From a virus, in IMG/VR virus record IMGVR_UViG_3300009446_000004: 64,000 nucleotides of DNA, one strand, 5' to 3'. Of the stretch, positions 57,301-64,000 are shown piece by piece. The notes under the pieces were generated by a model. It made no database searches and was not told where the DNA came from. It saw only the letters and a list, made by a program, of their open reading frames with translations. How positions within the stretch are numbered: position 1 is the stretch's first letter; each line of letters begins with the position of its first letter. Both the position numbers and the translations under genes were made by a program.

Positions 57301-58164
57301 ACAGGTGAAACATGGCTTGCGATTGCTCAGGGAACCGTAGCCGTTATTACAAGCATGTTGAGTGGCCTTAATGATGTGGCCCGTGAAGCGGTGGAGGAAC
57401 GTATCAGCTTTCTGGATAAGGAAATTTCAGAGCAGGAAAAGATACTGGAACAAGAACAAGACAACCACGATGCAGGAGAGGCCGCTTATGTAGAACGGGA
57501 ACAAAGGACGCTCGATGAACTCAACAACCAAAGAGAGGCCGCTTTGTCTCAGCAGGAAACATTGGCTAAACGTCAGCAAAAGATCGATCAATTACAACAG
57601 ATAGCTGGTCTAGTTACAGCATCGGTCAGCCTGTTTAAATCTTTGGCTCCATTGGGTCCGATCGGAATTGCAACGGCTACCATATTGACAGGAACAATGT
57701 TTGCTTTTTATGCTGCCACTCAAGCCAAATCTAAGCAGCTCGCACAACAGTACTCAGGTCTAAGGCATGGAGGGTACACAGGTGACGGTCCAGTTGATAA
57801 GGAATCAGGACACTTTACACACGGTCAGGAGTTTGTACACACACAGCAAAAAACACTAAAGCACAGATCATTATTTGAAGCCATCCATACCAACGATGAA
57901 ACGGCTTTAGATAATGAGCTCAGAAAAATGGTGGTTGAGAGGAACCTTGATCTTGGACTAGCAATGCCAGGGCCTTCCATTGGTCACTCGTCGACTAGTC
58001 AGGTAATAGAGATTAAGGAAAACGATAGAATGGAGCGAATCATGGGCGATGTCAGGGATTCAAACAGACGCATAGCTGATAACTCAGAAACCCAAGTCTA
58101 CGAGATTGGGAAAAGCTATTTAATCAAAGGCAAAAATAGAATCAAAAAAGTGAACGCAAAGTGA
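54307..58164 (+). CDS. tail tape measure protein
   Basis: 1285 aa, mostly helical; DSLREYSPF...GLFSDKGIDAVKEA repeats and a C-terminal RHGGYTGDG motif. Confidence 0.9.
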   Translation: MEEQVKLRFSSSDLIAGFQETQKAIRDTTDIQKKYFDELISNYQTAIGSTDSYLQQQVAVRGVIEGIAKTSKTYGEQLKSLEAFQASLTAKTKEYADQGKNMGALAKQIAAVDKEIQSVKKSQDQLSSGDPIDELTRSFDKYEDAIKATDKAIGKIELSTGSFEDEQKGLKKIYDSIIKSQKRWIEDGKDISKLEDSLSRVRDKMEEVKGFQDQLEPPKGFIDSFKEVSGINLPDVSKLGPLAVGGAIVTGVAVMGKELANVTQEAFALRKEVAQLTNLSGGDLTNAAVGVQAISKAFGKEYDEILLTANAVSQQLGVTFDEALDQISEGLVLGADANGEYLDSLREYSPFIKQIGADQAQYNQILIESTRAGLFSDKGIDAVKEASIKLNEYTQSTEDALSALDESTVAEIRNNVAKGETFKAIQLISAELASGKLDAIEYSTIVADVFGSAGEDSSREFLENLQNVNGELGPMSTEARNVAEANAAMLDSQEKIAFQSQRLAVQFGGLGDAANLLFNYIKAGGLYLVNEFIAIINATTSRLFSAGSAISTFLSTGSFTQASAAYNKEFDRFYEALSGTSKAQEAGKAVANEFMSSLAEGLSKSDRKKAINEELKKLYQSLDDAGSLASQDFVDNVDGQIGVLEASLKRLNETGSTGGVGESPGEKRASEQAAKERAKQEEQAIKDQAKRNNDRIKALAKAEGDLVAEIAKIRASAEGAELSLLDSAEDRAARQLEIDDAKVDSQVQALLEKQALLDLEKSLTAEQLAELSDIELEMQAKANAEKLSLTEEQNALFQLIYAANEKKYSDTLEAEAGKRLAALQKETSDREAEKLKSFEDEKNRNIDLIMLQTDFYDEEGRLITDKQEIEKIKQDQILAQQEEFLQKQIDYYLNLQAAQQLAGTEDPALDGLLDNLKRQQALIAKARNEAQNNSAAEPGSILAALGLSEEYTEEQAEKIRESLQGAIDMLSDVSGYDLSGLQDVATAIQEALEDPDGFTGETWLAIAQGTVAVITSMLSGLNDVAREAVEERISFLDKEISEQEKILEQEQDNHDAGEAAYVEREQRTLDELNNQREAALSQQETLAKRQQKIDQLQQIAGLVTASVSLFKSLAPLGPIGIATATILTGTMFAFYAATQAKSKQLAQQYSGLRHGGYTGDGPVDKESGHFTHGQEFVHTQQKTLKHRSLFEAIHTNDETALDNELRKMVVERNLDLGLAMPGPSIGHSSTSQVIEIKENDRMERIMGDVRDSNRRIADNSETQVYEIGKSYLIKGKNRIKKVNAK

Positions 58165-60080
58165 AATTAAGGCAAATCAAAATATCGCACCCTGAAATTG
58201 GGCAGGGAATCAACGTGCCTCTTGGATATGTTAGTAATTACAGATCAGCAAGGCTTAACTGTGATATGGAAGGGTGTGACCTTTTCCCACGCGATAAATT
58301 TACTGGATCGATAACTATAACAGACAAGGCAGATAAAACCATATACAATTACCTTAACCAAATTGATTGTGCGATCGGTTGTGAGCCTATGAAAATAGAG
58401 TTCGTATTTCGTTGTAAGTCTGAGGACATAGTTTATTCGTCTTTAGTGCTCAAAAAGGATATGAAACCATGCCATCTAAAGTGCTATTTTGACCTTAAAT
58501 TGACTGAGGATAGCTGCATGGCAAGACTTGAAAATTATTGGGATCAAGAGATATGTTTTGGGAACCTACCTAGCACCAAATCAACTTTGGTGCCATTTGG
58601 TTGTGCCCTTGATATCTTTGTGGCAGATCGCCAATTTGTTGTTTATCAGGATCCTAATTTTACCCCCAATATTGCCAATACAAGCGACACCGCCTACCTT
58701 CCATATACGGATGAATCAGCGCTTTACACGCAATCAGACTTGGCAAACGCTGGATATGATGTAAGCCAATGGTGCCAGTATTCAAATGAAGTAACACAGA
58801 TAGCAGCAGGTGGTGGAGCAGGTGGGGCCAATAGCTCTCCATATGCATCGATTACCTACGATGTTGTTACAACTTGGTACCGTTTATTAAAATCAACTAC
58901 ATGCGCTGAATATCAGGCTCAGAACTTAGCAGAACAAGGTTGGAATATTATACAAGGCGATTGCAGCGACCCTAACAACGTAATAGGAATATCTAGGTGT
59001 ATCGGTGATTTTTTTGCTCCAACAACGGCGCGAGGTTACAATTTTTATCAAGCCTTATGCTATCTAACTACACAGACATTACAAAAAGCAGGGTGTGATG
59101 TTTTTTGCTGTCAAACAACATTTTTTGCCGGTGATGTTGGAGTAGTTCAGAATTCCAATCAGGCTTATGACTGTGCACTCAAGTACAACATTAAGGATAT
59201 CACAATTCACGACCAATCAGACGTATTGAGACCCGGAGCGACCGAGGCCCCGGACCCAAAAAGGATGAAAGCAAAATTGCAAGATTTTTTATCTGATGGG
59301 AAATGTCTTTTTGATTTACGGTTGGGAGTTCATAAAAGGGCTGATGGAAGCGAATGCGTAGCCTTTGAGCATAGTTCTTATCATGATACCTATACGGGCA
59401 TAGATCCTGTATATGGATACAATAATAGGGCTGAAATAGACCTCACAAACGGAACTCAAGATGATGCCTGTTTATCGCTTTCAGTTGAAGCGAAATCACT
59501 GATAAAGTACCAACAAAAAGACGAAGCAAATGACTTATATTTTAATGAGCTTGAAGTAAAGTATCCCGGCGAATGCACTGAAGGCGAAGAGGAATGTAAG
59601 CTGAAGGTGTTTAACAAAAACCCACACGAGATTTACAACAATCAAGATGATTACAGTGCAAGCGGCTTAGTTCTTTTTCACAACACAAACCTACAAATCA
59701 ATCCAGACGGTAGTGCTTGTTATGTTCAGGGGGTTTTTAGTCCTGATCTGCTTTCTGATACACCACCGGATCCTGTTATCAATGGATTCCTTTCTAATGA
59801 CAATCTAGTAAAGTGTTTTCAAACCGATGGTTGCTATGATACTGCTGAAGTAAGGGGTGAGCCGTTTGAATATGATAGCCCGTCCTATCTATACGAGGGT
59901 CCTTCTATTACCATGAAATGGTGTATCTGTGATGATGGTCCTATACCGTTTCTGGGTAATCTTAAAACGGCGATCACTGAAAATGCAGACTTAACTAAGT
60001 ACAAAAAAGCTAAGATCAAGTCCTACGAATTCAATCCATTTACCAACTACGTGACATTTCAAATACTGTACAGCAAATGA
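58161..60080 (+). CDS. Cys-rich tail (distal / hub) protein
   Basis: Directly after the tape measure gene with a 4-bp overlap. Confidence 0.6.
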   Translation: MKLRQIKISHPEIGQGINVPLGYVSNYRSARLNCDMEGCDLFPRDKFTGSITITDKADKTIYNYLNQIDCAIGCEPMKIEFVFRCKSEDIVYSSLVLKKDMKPCHLKCYFDLKLTEDSCMARLENYWDQEICFGNLPSTKSTLVPFGCALDIFVADRQFVVYQDPNFTPNIANTSDTAYLPYTDESALYTQSDLANAGYDVSQWCQYSNEVTQIAAGGGAGGANSSPYASITYDVVTTWYRLLKSTTCAEYQAQNLAEQGWNIIQGDCSDPNNVIGISRCIGDFFAPTTARGYNFYQALCYLTTQTLQKAGCDVFCCQTTFFAGDVGVVQNSNQAYDCALKYNIKDITIHDQSDVLRPGATEAPDPKRMKAKLQDFLSDGKCLFDLRLGVHKRADGSECVAFEHSSYHDTYTGIDPVYGYNNRAEIDLTNGTQDDACLSLSVEAKSLIKYQQKDEANDLYFNELEVKYPGECTEGEEECKLKVFNKNPHEIYNNQDDYSASGLVLFHNTNLQINPDGSACYVQGVFSPDLLSDTPPDPVINGFLSNDNLVKCFQTDGCYDTAEVRGEPFEYDSPSYLYEGPSITMKWCICDDGPIPFLGNLKTAITENADLTKYKKAKIKSYEFNPFTNYVTFQILYSK

Positions 60081-63000
60081 GCAAATTAAATCCCATGTTG
60101 CCTTTGGTTCTTGGTTGGTACAATAATCAATCGAAGCTACAGCACCTTCAAGGTGATTGCTGTGAGCTTAAATGTATCTATGCGCCTTGTGTACCTTTGG
60201 GGACAATCCTGCCCACCCAAATGCTGTTTTCTCCTGATTGGGGTACCGTTCAGTCTATAGAGGTGCTAAATGAATTAGGCGACGTAGTTGAAACCCTAGA
60301 CACAGGAAGAGCTGTTACTATTAAGGATAGAAACAATTTATTTGCTTTGATCCTTGATGGCAAAATGCCTCTTGTACCGTGCGGGAATCACCAGTTTAAG
60401 GTATCATTTACAGCTAGTGATCAGTGTATGTTTAGCGACTATTTTAAGGTAGTTGCTTCTGATTGTTGCCTGCATTTAATCGAATGGAGTAACGATTGTA
60501 ATGTAAGCGGGATTTGCTACGAGGGCACCAATTACACCAATAAGTTCTATATCCCTATTGGTTGTTTGACTTGTGTAGGAACACCAGTGATAGAGGAGGA
60601 CATTAGTATCACAGGAACAGACCAAAAGGAGTTTTACATTCAAGACGATTGGACTTTTAAAGTAGGTCCAGTTTACCCTCATGTTTTGAAAGTGTTACAA
60701 ACAATTGGCGGCCACTCAAATAAGCGATTTACAAAGCACGATGGGGAGACAACTGAGATGCTTTCCTTTGCCCCTCCCGTGGGAACTCCTATCCTGAATA
60801 CAGATTGCTTAATAGAGGTACAGGGCACTTTTAGGCAATCTAATTTCTTTGATGCCGATTGTTGCGGCGATGATGGACTTGAGAATTATGTTGATTGTAT
60901 TCCGGCTCCTCTGGTGGAGGATTGCGTGAAACCATGCCAGCCTGTTTGTGATTCTATTAATGCAGTTGCCGAACTGCTACCAGACAATACGGCTACCATT
61001 TCCCTTTCTTGGGCTGGATCTTCTGCCATTGGTTACAGGATCAAACACAGAATAAAGGCGGTAGATGATGAACCTGTTAATACGTGGGAAACTAGCTCAG
61101 TAATACAATCAACGGTTTACGATATAGTGGGCCTTGAATTGTGTAAGGACTACGATATTTGTGTGCAGTCGTTTTGTGATGAAGCGTTAACAAATATGGC
61201 TCAGTGTACAATCTGTGTCTCAACACCTTCCATATCTTGCGAGGCTCCAACGGCTGACCAAATAGCGGTAACAGTGACAGAGACCACAGCACTTATTACA
61301 GTTTCTCAAGATTGTGAGGCTGAGTACATGCTTAGATCGCTTCTGCCAGACTGGACCAATGCCACACCATTTACAGGATCAATAAATGATTTGATTCCAT
61401 GTACTAACTACGCTTACCGGTTGCGTTGTAAATGTGAAGACCCATGTTCAGATGAAGCCATATTTTCTAGTTGGCTGGTAGGTGGCTTTACTACTGATTG
61501 CTGTACTATTGAAATTGATACAAGCGTAGAATATGGGGAATGTGGTACACAGCCAATACTAACAGCAACAGCTATTAATGAAATCAACTACACCATAGAT
61601 GTAAACGGAACCACGGCCACAAATGGACCTTTGACTATTGCGCTAGATCCTGGCACTTATCAAATCACAGCCACAAACGAAGTATGCACCACAATTGTAC
61701 CAATCATAATAGATGACCCTTGTACAACTACAACAGGCGTAACCCCTTGTTGTGAGGATTTTAATTTCCAAGCTCTAATTGGATCATGTAGACCTCCAGA
61801 AGAATGTACAATGGGAGGCACAAACGCGGATGGTGAGCGTTTTGTTACCCTGCAATTTGATCAGGTAATTGGATGTGATCTGATTAATGCTACCATTCGA
61901 TTAGACGGACCAAATGGATCTATCACAAATACTTTTGATGTGGTTATCACAAATGGAGTCGGTCAGGCAGCGGTAGGCTATTATGCTCCGGGAACCTATT
62001 TTGTCAAATTGGAATACTGTGGGTGTGAGATCGAAAAGGAAATAATTATTGATCCGTGTGATGAAGAACCTGGTTGCGAGCTAGAAATGACACAAGATGT
62101 TGTTATTGACTGCGACGATAATTCGGCCGAATTGACGCTGACATTTACAGGTTACGGCACAAACACAACCCTAGATATATACAGCGATGGATTCGGCCCA
62201 TTTACCGTACCGATTGACTCAAATGGTCAAACCATTTCGTCGGTGACTCTGGGTGATTCCTTTACGGTTAGGGCTTGTCTCCCAGATGATCCAGAATGCT
62301 GTACTGAAGAAATTACGATAACAGTTCCGACTTGCCCACTAGATTGTATTGGGCTTTCACCGTTTACAAATGCAGTCTGTGAAGATGGTGAAGTTATTAC
62401 AGCAATTGGGATTTTATGGAATGGCAATACTCCAGTATCGGCGCTCGATGTATCAGTCAATGGTGCGCCAGCTACGTCAATCACGGTTGTGAATCCAAGC
62501 AGCTCAGTGCCTTATTTCATTTTGAATCTACAGCCCAACACAAGTTACACGATAGAGGCTTGTTTGCCGGGTCGTGGGTGCTGTACAGAGATTACTTTTG
62601 TTTCTGAAGATTGCCCTTGTGATTGTCCTATTGATATAAACTACGTTGACTGTAATACTGTAGAGGGGCTATGTCCTACTGAACCGATTGTATATAAAAT
62701 TGAAAAAATTGTTGAATCGGAAGAATGGTCAATATCCGGCACTGGAGACATCAACAACTGGCTTTCCTTGAGCGGTTGCACGAATATATCTTATATCACA
62801 AAATTAGATCTATATGACCAAAGCGACAATTTTGTATCAACTTTAATGCCGCTTGGCAGCAATTGGACTGAGGTGATTCCTGCTTCAATATCTAATATTG
62901 TAGTGATAATGAACATTAAAGCAACATGCTCTGGGCATAATCTATGTTTCGGTAAAAAATTTAGGATATACCAAAGCTCTTTTACCGACATTCGCGAAAT

Positions 63001-64000
63001 AGAGATGTCTTGTATAGATAAGTCGTCTGGTGCTTGCTTTACGATTGAGGCTATTCCGTGTGAAGGTGCAACTATAACTAGCGCAGGATGGGTAGATGAT
63101 CCGATTGATGAAGTTTCTGGCGTGAATTATGAATATTGTCTTCCGCCGTGCAATGGATTTGGCGTATCTAGTTTTGATGAATTCTCCAACAACGGAGGCG
63201 GTTTGATGAGTATTTCTTCTTCTGGATCTGTGTTCACATTTAGAGTTGATTATGCCTCCCCTATGCCCGCAGCCGACCTAGCTAAAATACAAGATATTTA
63301 CGATAACAACAATTTGGGAATTCTCTCTAATACTGGCACTTTTAGTGGCGTTTTTTGGTACAAACCCTCAATAATTAGCTTTGTCAATGATGTCAATTTT
63401 ATAGAATGGTCTATGGATAGAAGTATACCAATTTGTTGTTTGGCCGTAGAAAACCACATAACAAACGTCTTATGGCCGTTTGTTGATGATATAATTTCAG
63501 ACTTAGGCGGACTGCCAATTAATTCTGAACCAACAACAGCAATTTCTGATATATCTTCTAGCGAAATACCATACGCAGATTGCACACCCTCCAAGCACTT
63601 TGTCGTAGAATACACGAAAGATTCTTGCGAATACCGGACTTGGGTTAAGCTTCAAATTAATGATATTAACAGCCCCTGCTCTAATTGGGAAATAACTGAT
63701 GAAGAGGGAAATCCAACAGAAAGCTCTCCTACTTGTGAGTGCGAAATAACCGCATCGGTTAATTGTGTGAGCGATTCAGGCACTTGCTTTACCGCTGCGG
63801 TTGATGCCTGTGTTGGCGGTAAGATTCTAGGCACTTACTGGACAGATGACCAGAACAATCTTTGCAGTGAAACAGTGTTAAGTAATAATTTTATTGTTAC
63901 GCGAGTTATTATTGATGGTTCGATTATACCTATCAGTGGCCTTGATTATGCTTTATACTCAGGAAACGACCCGTCTAATTCTCTAATATCGGCTCAAGGT
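60077..64000 (+). CDS. large Cys-rich tail / adhesin-like protein with FN3 domains, 3'-truncated (absent from the ORF track)
   Basis: ATG 60077 overlaps the previous stop. I read the frame as open in every part I translated, including the last 13 codons. FN3 units: LSWAGS..GYRIK...GLELCKDYDICVQSFC and NDLIPCTNYAYRLRCKC. Confidence 0.85.
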   Translation, partial: MSKLNPMLPLVLGWYNNQSKLQHLQGDCCELKCIYAPCVPLGTILPTQMLFSPDWGTVQSIEVLNELGDVVETLDTGRAVTIKDRNNLFALILDGKMPLVPCGNHQFKVSFTASDQCMFSDYFKVVASDCCLHLIEWSNDCNVSGICYEGTNYTNKFYIPIGCLTCVGTPVIEEDISITGTDQKEFYIQDDWTFKVGPVYPHVLKVLQTIGGHSNKRFTKHDGETTEMLSFAPPVGTPILNTDCLIEVQGTFRQSNFFDADCCGDDGLENYVDCIPAPLVEDCVKPCQPVCDSINAVAELLPDNTATISLSWAGSSAIGYRIKHRIKAVDDEPVNTWETSSVIQSTVYDIVGLELCKDYDICVQSFCDEALTNMAQCTICVSTPSISCEAPTADQIAVTVTETTALITVSQDCEAEYMLRSLLPDWTNATPFTGSINDLIPCTNYAYRLRCKCEDPCSDEAIFSSWLVGGFTTDCCTIEIDTSVEYGECGTQPILTATAINEINYTIDVNGTTATNGPLTIALDPGTYQITATNEVCTTIVPIIIDDPCTTTTGVTPCCEDFNFQALIGSCRPPEECTMGGTNADGERFVTLQFDQVIGCDLINATIRLDGPNGSITNTFDVVITNGVGQAAVGYYAPGTYFVKLEYCGCEIEKEIIIDPCDEEPGCELEMTQDVVIDCDDNSAELTLTFTGYGTNTTLDIYSDGFGPFTVPIDSNGQTISSVTLGDSFTVRACLPDDPECCTEEITITVPTCPLDCIGLSPFTNAVCEDGEVITAIGILWNGNTPVSALDVSVNGAPATSITVVNPSSSVPYFILNLQPNTSYTIEACLPGRGCCTEITFVSEDCPCDCPIDINYVDCNTVEGLCPTEPIVYKIEKIVESEEWSISGTGDINNWLSLSGCTNISYITKLDLYDQSDNFVSTLMPLGSNWTEVIPASISNIVVIMNIKATCSGHNLCFGKKFRIYQSSFTDIREIEMSCIDKSSGACFTIEAIPCEGATITSAGWVDDPIDEVSGVNYEYCLPPCNGFGVSSFDEFSNNGGGLMSISSSGSVFTFRVDYASPMPAADLAKIQDIYDNNNLGILSNTGTFSGVFWYKPSIISFVNDVNFIEWSMDRSIPICCLAVENHITNVLWPFVDDIISDLGGLPINSEPTTAISDISSSEIPYADCTPSKHFVVEYTKDSCEYRTWVKLQINDINSPCSNWEITDEEGNPTESSPTCECEITASVNCVSDSGTCFTAAVDACVGGKILGTYWTDDQNNLCSETVLSNNFIVTRVIIDGSIIPISGLDYALYSGNDPSNSLISAQG

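Noticed and set aside
1-64000. CRISPR array, DGR/retron reverse transcriptase, integrase, alternative genetic code
   Set aside because: No repeat-spacer series, RT motifs or tyrosine/serine recombinase motifs were seen, and core genes are intact in the standard code.

Overview
The whole window looks like one tailed (long-tailed, siphovirus-like) dsDNA phage of a Bacteroidota host. Host assignment rests on TAnnTTTG-type promoters, A-rich leaders without Shine-Dalgarno, and host-like DnaN and HU. Layout: a 5'-truncated cytochrome c peroxidase-like gene; a leftward accessory arm (GH108 endolysin, FtsK-like ATPase plus membrane proteins); a divergent promoter pair at about 8.0-8.2 kb; a rightward replication block (PD-(D/E)XK nuclease, DnaQ-like exonuclease, two paralogous initiators with internal iterons, HNH, DnaN, HU, primase-helicase, SF2 helicase, SSB-like); SNF2 plus a GNAT-methyltransferase fusion; terminase; tRNA-Lys, tRNA-Tyr and tRNA-like RNAs; head genes; a tail module with a -1 frameshift chaperone and tape measure; and a 3'-truncated Cys-rich FN3 tail protein (60077->64000) that is missing from the supplied ORF track. 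No integrase, DNA polymerase, CRISPR array or reverse transcriptase is visible. The strongest candidate for a new system is the 2.85-7.0 kb module: a soluble FtsK motor with separately encoded membrane proteins, one of whose genes carries about 24 TCCGA/TCGGA motifs in about 650 bp (about 1 expected). This suggests a DNA segregation or cell-to-cell spreading system. All product calls come from motif recognition by eye; no database searches were run.
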